A stretch of 59,849 bases of DNA, the filler included. It is 4 parts of 4 records of this genome, joined end to end, with 100 filler letters (N's around TTAATTAATTAA, not from the genome) between each part and the next. Parts side by side here need not be neighbours in the genome. Positions count along the whole stretch, not along the records: positions 22,008 to 51,559 come from DRR378314_668; positions 51,660 to 59,849 come from DRR378314_674; 2 more parts are not named here. One strand, written 5' to 3'. The position numbers and the translations under genes are program-made. Below the pieces are notes generated by a model. It saw only the letters and a list, made by a program, of their open reading frames with translations. It was not told where the DNA came from and did not search any database. Position 1 is the first letter of the stretch, and each line of letters begins with the position of its first letter. Shown here piece after piece: positions 43,469 to 57,700 of the stretch.

Positions 43469-46400
43469 TTACTTCGCTCCCGACGATCCTTCGTTGTCGC
43501 CGTCCTTACGCAACTTCATCAGTGCGCGCAGAAAGCAGTCCATTCCTGCAAAAAAAACAAAACCCACCGCATAGGGCCAAATGTGCGCACGCCACACGCG
43601 AGCGATCAGCCGCGACAGCCCTAGGATACTTAGCCGCACACCAGGCAGCTATCTCCTCGTACCCACAACGCATTGTCAGTAGACCCACACAGCCGGGCAA
43701 TAGCTAGTGTGAACGGTAGAGAAGCGTCAAATACCAGAAGAAAAAAACATAGGCGCGTCTGCACCCAGCGCAATAGACCACAAATCTTGCCTCTCACGCG
43801 CCCAGCTAACCCCCCCCCCTAACACATGCTATATCCACCCGTACCGGCTCCCACATGGGCTGAACTACCAGGCAGACAATGACCTACTCCTGCACAGCCA
43901 CGCCACGATACCCAGAGACCAGGACGTGCGAATCCTATCTGTAGCACGAACGCGGCAAACGGCGCGCTACCTCCGGGTGCGGGTTTCGCTCTGCTCCGCA
44001 ACGAATCCCCTACGCCCCACCCCCCTGTTGGACATGGATGTGAATGTGCTGTACCAGCCCTGACAACGCTTACGAGGCAACTGCCCTGCAACAGTGCGCG
44101 TACCATCGACACCTTCGAGCGCGGGAGAAACGCCTAGCTCTTGGACCAGCGTAAGCGCCTCGCCAGAATAAGCAGCCTCTGACGTTGCGCGTAGCGCCTG
44201 CTGGAATTGGGGGCTCCGAATAAGCTCCTCGAGTCCCTGAACGGACCGCGCGCTTTCCGGCACGTGCGGATAGAGCGTGCGGGCAACGTCTTCGTCTTGG
44301 AGCAACGGAAGCAGCTGTGTCGCGCACGAAACAACCAGCGCGCACACATGCGCTGGGTAAGACACATTCTCTGACTCGCTCACAGCAATCCTTTCACTAC
44401 GCACAGAGCATGTCCAAAACATACGCGACAGCGCTGGAATCCACACATCTCCCCATCAGTATGAAAGGAATGGAACGAACGAATAAAAACGCTGCACGGC
44501 GCTTGTCCAGCTTGCTACGCAGAGCCAACAGCACAATCAGTAACCTTCACGGACGCAAGTGCAGGACCATCGGCACCCGATTGGCTCTGGCGGCTCCAGG
44601 CACTCACTTATTGTTTCACGGTCAGCTACGATTACATACAAACGCAACCCTACGAAAGCGTCCTGGCCCATAAGCATACGATGGATCTAATTGCCGGTGT
44701 TCACAGCGACTATAGGGCATCCACTGCTTACATCAGATCGCTACAGTCCAATCTCGAAGCGGCGTCAGCGCCGGCGCACATCCAACTTCCCAAGGACCCC
44801 TGCATACTCGTTTCTGTCAATAAGGCCAGCCTCCCATCCTCAAACCAATATGCAGCTGCGGCTACTTCCAAAAAGCATCTCTGTCATAACCGGTGTAGAT
44901 CACCATGTTGCCGCCGTGTCCATCGAGAACCGATGGAATACATCAATTACGCGACCGGAGCATCCTATATGTGCGCGACCGCAGTGCGCGCTAGGCACTG
45001 GGAAGCGCCGTTTCGCAGCATGGCAAGCACCGCGCAAAACGTAAACATTCTTGTACATCTGCATAGAAACGGCACCCCTGGCAAGATTGCGGCCGCACCT
45101 TGTCAACGTTGAGCACTTCGTTCAAGGAAGGTGTCGCTGGCGCAGCATGAGATGCATTCGCCCCGCCCAAGACACTCGCCAGGGCCGATCCGAAGATGTC
45201 GGGAGTGACCGCTATGCAACAAACCAAAACCATAACCCCAAGTAAGAACGATGTTCCAAAACAAAAGCCATTATTGCGCACACGAACAAAAAGAGGCTTC
45301 ATCAAAACGTTGTACACATAAGTCAACATCGAGGAAGCCACACATGCACAATATCATCGCTGCCGTGGAGTGAAGCCATCGCGCAGGCGGCGACTGGCGC
45401 GGGCCCTCGGTGCTTGTCCCCTTCTCTCACGTTCCCAGAGAAACCAAAAGCACGGGTTACCACACCAGGCACGAACGCGCCGGTCAGAGGCAGCTCTGTT
45501 CTGGAGTAAAAAAAGTTCCAGAGAGTGGAAACACATATTTGATTGCCTTCTAAGCGGAATAAAAGCGCACCTCCCGCTGAAGTCGCGCCACTGGCGCCTT
45601 GGCGCGCAGGGGCACCTGGTGCTGTACTCGCTCCGCCACTGCCCACGGCCGGGGTGACAGGGGTCGCGGCGCCCACGTTCGATACTGGGTGCAATGAAGC
45701 CCGTGCCGAAGTCGCATCGGCCATTTCCGCATCTGCAGCACCATTAGATCCGGTAACAGCACCGCTCGACGAATCGTCTCCGTCCGTGTTGCTGCTGCCG
45801 CTCGCCGGATCGCCATGCGAGTCGCTAGCACCGGACTCGGAATCCATGCCAGCCAAGAGTGCCATCAGCTACAGCATGGGCGGCGCACAGTGGGGCAGAA
45901 ACGAAGATTTGCACGTCACCATATTCGTTTACCTCTCGACATACTTGTGACGATCTATTTTGTGTACTGGGAACAAGAAACAAGGTGTATCTGCAAAGTA
46001 GAGATCAAAACATAGAGGATAAATGCACTGCGAAACAAACTGAACATGACCTACAGTACCGACATCGCAATCCTCTCGCAAGAACCTCCTACGCAACAGG
46101 CACACGAGTCGCTTCTTCAACATTAGAAATGGCGCTTTGCACCAGTAATCAAGTCCAAAGTCACAACAATGCAGTATGATACAGCAGCCAAGAACGTGCT
46201 AATGTCGAAAAAAGTGAGACACAAGCGTCAACGGCAAACGTAGTGCCATACCCTTTCGTTCGACAGCTCGCCTCCGTCATCATCACCGCCAAAGAGTGCA
46301 CGTGCAGTGCTGCCTTCCAGAGCAGCATCGTCGCCCGCGCCGGAGCCATGCGCGTTCTCACGACCCGAGCAATAATCGTTCATCTTCTTGATCAGCCTGC

Positions 46401-49255
46401 CAGTTATAGCATCAGAGAAGATCACAGTGCATGAAAAAAAAGAAGCAATGAGCGAGCAAATCGAGGAGCGCCGTCGCAACACGTCCACGCGACCGCTAGG
46501 ACAACGTCGCGCACTGTCCCGGCAGAAGCATCGATGCCAATGCACATGGCACCCTAACACCCACGCTACTCATAGCTAAGAACACAAAAAAACGTCATGC
46601 ATCAGATGCATTCAATAAGTGCACGCCTTTCTAATGCCTTGTTCTGATGAGGGGTAGAAATAATGGGAGCGTGTCCCCTCACTTCAGGATACCACACAAG
46701 GCGGGAAGCGCTTCACAGGAGGCGCTGCACCAAAACGTACTCGTCATCTTTGTCAGTCTTCGGCTCCTGAAGCCAGAAAAACACATTGTGATTTGCAGAC
46801 TTCATGAAGACTCGCAAAACCCTGCCCGTCGTGCACTGCAGGGGTAAACAAAAGGGAGTTCGCAACCACAGCGACGTTGGTGACTTGCGCAAAATAATAA
46901 TAGTATTAAAATCCACTGTGCAATCGAACCTGCGCGCGCGGGATCTTCGCTCCCCGCTACAAAACAGCTTTCGCTGAGGATCTGGCAAAGTTCGCCAGAC
47001 AACCTTCCCTTTCCCAATGCACTTGCAGCATCTAGCAACAACAGGGCTGGTACTACGAACAAAACTACCCTCGCAACGGTGACAAGGAGAGGAAACCCGT
47101 TTGCACAGCTTCGCTTGCTTCCTACAACTGCGCCGGAGCGCCCACCATCCGAATTCTCCTTTCAAGCGCATGGTCTCCAGACAAGTGCTGCACATCATTT
47201 AGGTGCGATTCTGCCAACACAAACGCTGCGCACAGACCTGCGGAACGCGGTGGACTTCCGCATCCTCAGGAAACAAGATCAAGCTGTCTTCCGGCTCAGG
47301 CGCGGTCCGCTCACCCCAAGTCAACGTCAAAAATCCGTCTTCTTGCTGCACACCATTCGCACATGGCACCGGTTCCACGCACAATGCACGGATTCAACGA
47401 GAGCGCGCGGCGCAAACGATTGATCCCCAAGACTGGCGAACATGCCCACCAGGGCCTGCCGTGCAAAATGAGCCGCAACAAGTATAAATGCTCCAACCAC
47501 ATACAACTACAACGACGTAACGCGGGCATCACGCCGGATCAAGTACATACCGCGCGCGCAACAGCAGCACTGCGAGGTGGCTCATTTTGCGAAAACGACA
47601 AAGGTGCTCCATGAACAGAAACGGCGACAGAAAGAAGCGCAGCGCAAGGTAACGCAATGTATCGCAGCGCAACGCAGCGCAACGCAACAGATTGCTCGAT
47701 CTTTTCTGTACTTTTGTAGGCGAAAGTACGTCGCCCGCTCCGACCAGCACCAGGGACAGATGTTTTTGTTTGTTTTTTTTTATAAATGTGCAGGCAAGCA
47801 AAAGAAGCAGCTAAAGAACGCATCCCCTCCCGGAGAACTCGCAAAAACCAATGCCACGAAGCCAGGAAGATGGAGACCTCGCAGGCAACTGCGAGAGACT
47901 CGCTGGAAGGAGACAATCGTAAGGAGCGGTGCTGCGCTCGCGCACAAACGTACCGCAGTGAGTTTCAACATCCCTTTCCGCGGATCTGCTGTCACTGTCG
48001 TTCCTTGCTGTGCAAGTTTGCCCGCGCGAAACTCAACAAGCGTGCGCTGCAGCGACAATGAAAACAGACGGAGGAAAGAATATGAGAGAATTGCTCGCAT
48101 TTTTATAAACAAACAGCCCAGGGCAATGTAAAAAAAACCTGCACGACGACGCGCCCAGCGGACACAGGTAAAGCGGCGCCATACAGCCTGTGCTGGCTCC
48201 GGCAGCGAGCACACTTCAGTGCCAAGAAAAGAGCCTTCTGGCAGACGACCAAGCGCCAAGGCACGCCTCGTGTGGCGGGACGACTTGCTTCCCACCATTT
48301 TCCACAATCTCATGTACAAAGTGATCAGTTTGCATTATGTTATGCATACAAACCGCTATGATCACAGAGCACGCCTAGACGCCTGGACGAAGCAACCTGG
48401 AACAAAGCCCGCGGCAGGGAGAAGATGGGTTGTCGTCGTGGTAACACCGGTGCACGCGCACAAGGCAGCAAGGTTGCACACTGCACGCAGAACGACGCAG
48501 CCTACGAACAACAGGGAGCCAATCATGCATATGCACCGCCCTTGTCATTCAAGAACAGTACCAGCAGGTGCTTTGCACATCTCTATAAAGTCAATAGTTT
48601 CATTTGCCTCGGAAAAAGGCGCCAAGAGCCCGCATAGTTCCCCAGCAGCCCTGAACAACCATCGCGAGAGACCAAGCTGACGACGCGACCGACCGCCGTG
48701 CGCGGAGCTCTCCCGACCTGCCCCGGCCGCCAAGCGGAGAAGCGCGGGCAGCGCTGCGAGCTGGCACCCAGCACATTCTCGCGCACTTTCTCATTTGTGC
48801 AAACATGATTGGGGAAAATATCCGATGCAGGTAAATGCAGAGGGAAGACCAGAAAAGAGTCGCTCAAAACGTGTGTTCTACACAGATGCGCACGAGCAGG
48901 TCACCCAGGCGCACCAAACGTGCACGCAACAACGCCGCGCGCGAGCGAGCGACCTGTCGACCGCGCCGCCAAGCTGCCTACCAACAGTGACAACAACACT
49001 TGCCACGCGCGCGGAAGCACAGCATAGCAGCAGTAGTAAAATATTAATACCACAAGACACAAAATATACGCACGCCAAAGTGTGAAAGTTCCGTCGCACT
49101 GCAATACCCACCCGCACAGGAAGAAACTGCTCCGGCACAACGCCACCTGCCCACGTCCTGGAACGCACCGGGAAGCTCGTTGCAGCAGCAGCGCGGGCAG
49201 CGCCTTGGCCAGCGCGGCCGCGCTGCGCGGGGAACGGAAATGGCTCAAAAGGCAT
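43469..49255 (-). CDS. ADRM1: Proteasomal ubiquitin receptor Rpn13/ADRM1 (Pru domain, linker, DEUBAD), about 9 exons; first exon 49169-49255 inferred
   Basis: LVEFRAGK..VTADPRKG (48046-47954), DGFL.LTW..R...PEDSLILFP.DAE, CTTGRV..FFWLQEPKTDKD, L.PH.PE..IRSPQFQQAL, and a last exon GMDCFLRAL after a polypyrimidine-CAG acceptor. Confidence 0.92.
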
Positions 49256-50042
49256 TGAATCTGGAAACTTGCCCAAAGGACAGGGTTATGGAGAAGAAAT
49301 GCTGGTGCAAAAATCAAGTACCAACTCGCGTTCCACGCGCCTCTCGTCGATAAGTGTGGCAGGGAGGAGGGGCGGAAGCGGGAAACGCTCGTGAAACTGG
49401 CCAAAAAGCAAAGCAGCAACCGCAGCCGGAAGTCAGAACAATCGCCACGACTGCTCAAAGAGGAACAACTACGGCGCATGCAGCAACACGGCGCGAAAGG
49501 GCCGCCGGCTGCATCAACTGCGCGCGCTGCGCGAACGCCGTTTGCTATCCGTAACCCAAGTTCGCATACTTCAGTTGCAGGTCGGCGTAACCGAACACGG
49601 AACCGTACCCCGGTGCGCGCTAACCCGTGTCGCTGCAGCTCAGCTGCATGTATGTCGTCCGCCCTTTGCGGAATCACGCTCCCGTGCCGCCGCGCGAACG
49701 CTGTCTATTCTCCAAAGGCGATGTAATTTCCCAACCAGAGAGCACCATTCGAACGTGATATTCACTGCGCGCATAGTGCGCGTTCCTCGCCTTGAGCGCG
49801 CCTGTGCATTTCGTGCGCGTGCGACGGAAGCCAGTACGGCGCGCACTTCCCGCGGATTCGCAGCCTCTTTGCTTTGCAGCGCGCACTGCAAATCAGCAAA
49901 CTGGGGGTGGCGGCGGGGGCAGCTGTACAGTGACCCTAATTTGCAACCAGGTGGCGAAAGGCCGCCCGATAGGCCCAACTTGCCTCAGTCGACGCTCTTC
50001 AGCCGCGCGAGCCGCTTCGCCGTCACAGCGCTGGCCAAAACA

Positions 50043-50084
50043 ATGTCGCTCGACGACGCCGGCCCGGGCGGCGCGCCTGTGCAG
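50043..50084 (+). CDS. Possible first exon (MSLDDAGPGGAPVQ) of an unidentified gene divergent from Rpn13
   Basis: ATG in AAACAATG context followed by the CAG|GTACG donor typical of this genome. Downstream exons were not resolved. Confidence 0.3.
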
Positions 50085-51531
50085 GTACGCAGTGGGCGTG
50101 GGCCCAGGATCGCCCCGCCAGTACATGCTTGGGCATGATGCAGTCCGCTTTGCAACAACAGCAAAAAAAGCAGGTATCCGCAGAAAATCGGTAGAGGACT
50201 CGCTAACTTGCCGCACTGCTGCGCCAGCTCGTGAGCCAGTTTTCCTCCACAAGATCGGGGGTGCGGGATAGCACTTGGCGCTGCGTGCTGAGCCGCGCGA
50301 GCACCCGCCAGAGTCTGTATCCTCGGCTCTCTGTGCTGTGATGCGGGTATGGTAGGCGAGCGCATAGCGCGGCGCGAAAAATTCGTATCTTTTCTATGGA
50401 TGCTGTGCGAGAGAGGTTGTTCTCGCGGCGGGGTTTCATCGCAAGGGCGAGTTGTGCACGGCAACATTGGCGTGCTGTCGCGCCGGCGGGGGCTCCTTGC
50501 CCGCGCACGCAACGCGCCACCGGCAAGCGCGGAGCGCCCGTGCAGCTTGCGTGCTGCTGTTGTGTCACCGGCCCTGTGCTCCCCTATGAGAAAATCTCGT
50601 GCGCATGCTCGGGATACCCGTGCATGACTCTGGTCATCGTGGAAATGAGTTTCCATTTTCGGAACTGACTGTCTTGGTTCCCCGTAGCGTGCTTGCCAGG
50701 ACTTTCTAGCTGTGAATCGTGTTCGGTGACGGCGCGGCGCACGCCCGTGCCCTGTTTTGCCTGCGTCTGCCTCTGTGTATCCGCGTGAGCCGTGCGCGCT
50801 TCTCCAAGCGCTTCTCCACCGCTGTTTCGCCAGGCTCCCACGCCTTCTCTCTCTTCCTACCACTGACTCGCCATAGCCCCAAGTGTCACTGTGCTCAATC
50901 CATCGTCACATAGATATCAAAGCCACCAGGCAGGATGCGCGTTTCTGCCGTAGAGAAGGGGCAGGAATTGAAGCAGGTGCTGCGTGCGAGTACCTGTCGT
51001 GTTTGCCCCTGGCTCAAGGTGGGAGTTCACGCATATCTGTAGACGACCTTCTCGGCGTCCACCGCTCCATTGCTGCTGCAATGACAGATAGGCGCGCAAT
51101 TTCCCAGTAGCCTTCACCCATGCCCTGCAACCACGTCGGGGTTGCTGGCAGTAGTTTGCATTTCTTTGCCTTTCGGGTGCCGGCTATGAAGGATTGTGGG
51201 CAGACAGAAGGCAGACCGCAAAGATTAGTGCAGTGGACCGCTGTGCCCTATTCCGTCGCCTAGCTGTTCTGCGTCATTCGTGCCCTTGCCTGTGCTTCTG
51301 CACGGCTCCTCAAACTCAACGGGTACGGAAGCATGTGAAATATTGTTGATATGTGCACGCACCGGGAATAGAGGAGCGTAGAGCGCTGGTGAAAAGAGTT
51401 CCGCGTAGATGCGGTAGAGCACGGCCCCTATACGCTGCTGGCATTGTGCTCGTGCCTGCGCCGCCCCTGTGCTGGGACGAGTGCGGCGCCGCGTCTTTCG
51501 CAAGCGTGCCGCTCGCGGTAGCTGCAGCGCG

Positions 51532-51559
51532 CCTCTCTCTCTCTCTCTCTCTCTCTCTC
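51532..51559 (+). repeat. (CT)n microsatellite at the contig end
   Basis: Read directly from the sequence. Confidence 0.95.
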
Positions 51560-51659
51560 NNNNNNNNNNNNNNNNNNNNNNNNNNNNNNNNNNNNNNNNN
51601 NNNTTAATTAATTAANNNNNNNNNNNNNNNNNNNNNNNNNNNNNNNNNNNNNNNNNNNN
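51560..51659. other. Artificial contig spacer
   Basis: N-run, TTAATTAATTAA, N-run. Confidence 0.98.
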
Positions 51660-52471
51660 GCTCGCTTGCGGTTTTCGAATTGCGTTGGCGCTCTCTCGGC
51701 GCACGATTCCCCATGCTTTTGTGCTGGCCCATCCGACCTGGTGATCCACAATTCACAGAGGCAGCTCGAGCAGCGAGTTGCCGCATTATCCGCAGAGGTA
51801 CGTGTCATGGCCGTAGGAAAAAGGGACCCGGTCACCGAGAGGTGCAGATTGCGCTGTTCCATTCCTGATGATATCATGGGGGGGGGTTGCACGTCTGCAG
51901 GCTTTCGCTCACTGAGGGAAATTCCTGTGCGCCAATGCGATTCGAATGCGTGCTCGCGCAACTGTTGCATGGACACAGCGCGATGCGATCTCAATCAAGC
52001 TTTCTCGTATCAAAAAAGCCTTTGCAGAAGAGGGAAAATGAGTGCCCTGTATAACATTGTGCGTGGGATGAAGAGAGTCAGGCGACCCTACGGGCGAGAG
52101 GAGAATCACATTCATTTCATGCATCCCCCTTCATGGCGCCACGCTCGTGGAGCCCAACAGCTTTGAAGCAAGTACTACCCCATGTGTATCAACATAAGGA
52201 TGGTGCCTAGTAGGTATCAAAGAGCACTGCCGCAGAAATCACGCTCGCTGCATGCTTCCAATGAAATAAGAGCGCGACACGGGCGTACGAACCCGAGACA
52301 ATGCCGCGAGCGGAAGCCGCGCTTGCGCTGCGGCACGGAAGTACGGGGCCTTGTCTACGATAGTGCTACGAAACAGTCACTGGTAGCCCATATTTATAAT
52401 AAACAAACACCAAAAAAAGAATGAGCTTCTATTTTGGCACACAGGTGAATGCTAGGCACGATTCTGGAGGC

Positions 52472-54044
52472 CTACGCGAAGAAAACGATGAAGAGGGTCA
52501 AGAAGAACATCACTGTGAGGAAAATTTTCACCATCAGCGCGCGGTTGGACGAGACATTTTCCCAATAGCGAGTCAATTGATTCTGGCCCTCTTCAATGTT
52601 CAGCAGTGCATTGTCCGCGTTTTCATCAATGCGATTAACCTGTATCAAGATACAATCACACCCGCGCACAAAAGCGCACAGTGGAGCGTTAGGGATGTGC
52701 GCTCTGAAAGTTTGGCGCGCTTTAACAAGCGAACAGAACGGCCCAGCAGGCACACTAGTGCACACACCCCAACACCCGTCTCCACAACCATTTCGCCGAG
52801 ATGTTACAGCGGGGCGATGCGGTAAGTTGAAGGAAAAAATACCCCTTTGTATGGGCACGAGTACAGGGTTCGTAAGAATATCCACATCGTGAAACTCGTT
52901 GAAACGATAGGAGTAGCTGCCTCAGTGCAGCAGCCACTGCCGCACTGCGAGTATACCAGTGCTCGCGTGGCGTTCTTCGTTACAAAAACGACCGCCATCA
53001 TTCCATCTGGGAAGCAACCCGCTGCCACATACACTATGACTACACACTGAGGATAAGCTGAATATGACGATCGCTCGTACTTCAGTTCATTATAGCGCGC
53101 GCAAGGCTACCCGCCTACCCGCCACTGCAGGACCACCACATGCGCATGGCAGTGGCGCGCCGGATGCGGCGAGCCACGCTGCAAGCGCGCTGCCCATACG
53201 CCGGCCTTCCGCGCACCATTTCGCCCTGCTCTGCAACCATGGTTGCGAGCTGCTGGAATATTTTACCAAGTTCTGCAATGGTACTTTCGATGGACTCCAC
53301 AGCAGTGGTTCTCGACTGCTGATGCTGCTCTGCAGTGACCAGCTGTAGCTGCGGCACACCGGCGCCGCCGTCGACGTCCGGCCCGCCTTCAAGATCCAGA
53401 TCGTACGCAGACGCTCCGCCCTCGCCGAGAGGTGCCAGAGTAGCAGCAGACGAGTACCGGCTTCTGCGGTCCTGCTGCTCACGGACGGTTTCCGTACGCA
53501 TCTGGAGAACGTCTTTGAAATCTTTGGTAGTTTTCATCAGGCGAGACTTGAGCGAGTCAACAATGCGATTCTCGTGCCGCAGCTCCTGCGTGTTCGCTGA
53601 CACGTCTGCGCGCTGAATCTGCTGCAGTTTGTCAATCTTCAGATTTAGATCCTGAATTTCCGTTTTGATGACGGCACTCAGCTCAGATATCTGTTTTGTA
53701 GGATCGTCGAATAACGAATGCTTCCGCTGCGCCAGCTTAGTCAGCGAGGCAAGCCGTGAGGCGGTCCGGTGTATGTCGCTGCCGACCGAGGAAGCCAGCT
53801 GCGAAAACTGAGACTGCTGCCGCCGGCGCCGCGCCGCGGAGTTGGACGATTCTGGCAACGCCACAGCGGATGCATCCAGCGATTTCGGAGCTTGCGCGAG
53901 TGAACCGGCGCTACCAGCGCTGTTCGGCTGAGAAGCAGCGGCGGCTTGTGTTTGCTGAGCGGCTGCCGCATCGCGCGCGAGGCGTTTCCGAGCAAGGTCC
54001 GCGACCGCGAAAAACTCCGCAGTGCGATCACGCACAGACGACAT
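52472..54044 (-). CDS. STX5: Syntaxin-5/Sed5 (Golgi Qa-SNARE); exons 54044-53217 and 52639-52472
   Basis: N-peptide RDRTAEF, SLFDDP..ISELSAVIK, F.DVLQMRTE, IESTIAELGKIFQQLATMVAEQGEM|VNRIDEN, and SSNRALMVKIF followed by a C-terminal TM segment. Confidence 0.95.
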
Positions 54045-54790
54045 GGCAAGCGAGTGTCCGTATTGCTGTTTGTCAGATGATCCGTCCGCTGCACACACTT
54101 GGCACAAACGACTGTAAACTATAACGATACAACAGTACGTGTGGAAGTTTTCCGATCGGCTCCTACGGGTGCAGAGAGCAGCCTTCTGCTGCACGGGCCG
54201 ACCGTCGAGGGGGCCTCCTGAGCTCGCGGACTGTCGAGTGCGCTCGCGAGCGCTTGGCGATGGAAACGCTCAGCGCCACCACCTCGCGCCAGCAAACAGC
54301 AGTGCGCAGCGCTTTATAGCAAAATTAATGCGCCGATTGTCTAATGCCCAGGTTGCTTCGCTCGTCTGGGGCAGGGACGCGCTGCGAAGTGACGGAAAAT
54401 GCGCTATGTGCCGCAGGCGTTGTCGGTTGTTGAGAGCTTGTCAACGCGGAGCGAGCTACTCGACGCAGCGCGCACGTCACAAACTCGCGCTGCGCGTTTC
54501 GAATATTGCTGCAAGTACTGGAAAACCGTCATGTATTGGGCTCGCAGTGTTCGGTTGACAGCTATATCTGCCTTGCTGAACCGCCAAAGAAAGTATATGT
54601 ACTTTAATTACGAAATGTGATATATTTTACGTCAAGCCCTACGCGTCAACCATGCTGTGATTCAGGGCCTGGGAGATGCGCGAGCGCTGCATCGCCGCAG
54701 TCGCGCAAGCGCTTGCCTGCAGCACTCAGCGCACCGGCTTGCCTGTCTATCGCCTTCTCCTCAGCGTTTGGGCGCGCTTCTCTTTCGACC

Positions 54791-57700
54791 ATGCTGGACA
54801 TCAACCTATTCCGCGAAGAAAAGGGAGGAAACCCCGAAATCGTGCGGTACGTTGCGCGGGGCTCGTTGCTCGCGAGTGTGCCGGAGTTTGCGCCATGCTC
54901 GACGCACTGGCTCGTTTGGCTTGCCGCGGCTGGCGTGCCTTTCGTTCTCGCCACGCACTCCTGGCCACCCACTGCAAGGCGCGCTGTGCGCCTCGCTTCG
55001 CCGTACCCCGCGGCTCAGATATGGATCCGTTTTCCTGGTTTTGGTCCTTAATATCGCCATGCAGTAGTATCATGTAGTGCATGCTTCGTAAGAGTGCTTG
55101 GAACGGAATTATGGGTTAGATTTGTTCCTCGCTGTTCGAATGCGCTGTGGGACGTGGAACGGGCAGGCTGTGCCTGGGATCGGCAAAGCAGGGGGCCACC
55201 CCTGTATGAGCGGGAACGTCGCCTGCGCTGCTGCACTTGTGCTGCACTCGTGGTCGCTGATCTGAAGGCGATCCCGGCCCCATGCGCTTCCTCGTTTGAG
55301 TTGGACACTCATAATTATCCTATTGCAATGTCACCTATAGATCCATACGTGGTATGGGTAGAAAATGGCGCAATCTTGTGCTGCGTGTGGCGGTGCGCGG
55401 CGGCGCGCGATGAGGGAAGAAGCTGGTTTTCACCGGCTGCGTTCCGCGTGCTGCGCGTGCATCTCACTGCCGCGCTTGTAGAATCGCTGCAATGCAGGGT
55501 AGGCAGCGTACGAATGGATGACTTTGCTATGATAGTGTGGTTGCCTTGTGCAATGGCAGATCGTGTACTGAGGGAGCGACGCGTGTGTACATGGCGCTCT
55601 AGCGGACGTTGACCGCGCGCGCGCTCGCCTCTGTGCCCGCACGCTGCGGTGCAGCCCACACAACTTTTTTGCACGCCGCTTCTCCTACAGCTACAGCAGT
55701 GTTGTGTAGCGCGGCGGAATGACGCCGGTGGGCAAGCCCGGCCTGTAACTTTAGTATGGAGAATGATTTAAGCATGCAGTTTGACATTTCTTGCTTGTGC
55801 GGCGGTATGGCAGTGCGTTGTGTGCGTGGACTATGAGCGCGTGTGAACGTTGCTTGGCGTAGTGCGCGCGCCTGGTCTGCGCTGCTCCTGGCGACGCGTA
55901 CAGCACGGCACGTACGCCGGCCCCACGTCTAACGGCGACCGGGTATCCGCTTCACCATGCGCATGACTTGGTTGTTTGCAGTGAATCACAGCGCAAGCGT
56001 TTTGCTCGTGTAGAGCTTGTCGATGAAGTCATCGAGAAGGACAAAGAATGGAGAAAAGGTGCGCAGGTTGCTGTGGCTCGCGCGGGGTGCGGCGCCTCTG
56101 CTGGCTTCGCTTCTGCGCGTATCTCACACGGCACGCCGCGCGGCCACTTCCAGAGCCCCTTCATTTACCGTATGTTGGGGAAGTAATCGCGTCTGGTATT
56201 AAAACCTATACGCCTCTGTACATACGACAAGTATTTATCAATACTTTGATAAGCGTGCTGCTTTTTCTTTGTTTGTGGTTGTGGTGTTCTGCCCCACTGC
56301 CTTGGAGAGCGCTGAAAGCGCGCGGAGGGCGGCGGCACAGCGGCCGGCACGAATGGCACTTTCCTTTCATAGTTTTCTTTCTTCTCACACCTTTTGCTTC
56401 CTCCTACGGCTGTCGTTCGTGATTGCGCAGTGCGCTTCGACCTTACGGAGATGAAGACGCAATACAAAAGTAACAGTAAGCTTGTAGCGCAGAAAAAGAA
56501 GAACAAGGAAGATGCGGATGACATTATCGCAAAGAATAAGGTGTGAGCGTTTCCAGCATTGTGCAGTGCAGTTTTTGTATGCGGGATACGATCGTGGGTA
56601 TCCAGGATCGCTGCTCTCTCCTTTTGTCGGTGGGATTGGCGGCCCGACGTCGATTTTACCTTCGTTTCGTAACAGAGGGCAAGTCAACAACCAGAAGATC
56701 GAGCACTCTTCACGGAGAACCGAAGTATACTCTTTGTTGTGCTTTTTTTGGGGGGGGAGTGGGACAGAGAGTCGAAGGCTTATTCTCACCGCAAACCTTC
56801 TGCCGTGCGGCTCTCGCTGTTCACGCGCGCTGCATCGCAGGAGCTCGATGGCGTGATCAAGGATATGGAGAAAAAGGAAGCTCAGGTGCTGGAGGAGCGT
56901 GATCGTGCTCTTCACCAAATTGGAAATCTGATTCACGAATCGGTCCCTGTATCGAATGACGAGGAGAACAACGCGATTGTTCGTACGTTTGGCGAGCCTG
57001 CACAGGACGGCGAGCGCTTCAAGTACAACCATGTCGATTTGACGATCCTCACTGGAATCGCGGACACTGAGCGCGGCGCAGCAGTTGCTGGCAATCGTGG
57101 CTACTTTTTGCAGGTATGATTGCGTGCTCTCGCGTGTAATGGTCTGTGGCTTTCGAATCTTCCTTCGACTTCCTGCATATTGGGCACATTGACAGTTCCC
57201 GCGCGCTATTCGGGATGTTGAAGCGGGCGGTTTGTGTATGCGGAACGTGGGCGCGTCGCACACATTGCAGCTCACCATTTGCTGTGCAGTTTACCTCTTT
57301 ACCAGCTTCCATGCCGCGTTGGGTACGAATGGTTTTGTTCAAGAAACGAACAAACCCTAATAAAGATCAGTTGCCGTATATGTGTGGGGCATACTTTCTT
57401 CTTTCTTGGGTCGCCGGGTTTCTGCCTCGCACAGAGGTCCCTTCTACAACTGCTTACGGTCGTCCTGTTCCTTTCCGCTGCATGGCAATGCGTGCGTCCG
57501 TTGGTGTCCGTCGAATGGCCGCACCTGCGACAACGCAGGGTGCTGGCGTACTTCTGAACCAAGCACTCATCAACTACGGGTTGGGCTTCCTTGTGAAAAA
57601 AGGATATAGTCCGCTCCAGACGCCGTTCTTCATGAAGCAAAGTGTCATGGCCGAGTGCGCGCAGCTTGAGCAATTTGACGAGGAGCTTTACAAGGTGCGC

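Noticed and set aside
47664-47688. Short GCA[AG]C pentamer run; also the (TGTC)n/(TGTT)n run near 58615-58643
   Set aside because: Small intronic simple repeats with no further structure.
2143-49255. Clustering of proteasome genes (PSMD5-like and Rpn13)
   Set aside because: They are on different contigs, so the proximity is artificial.
51759-51797. Possible coiled-coil exon RQLEQRVAALSAE flanked by CAG and GTACG
   Set aside because: Too short, at a contig edge, and with no assignable gene.
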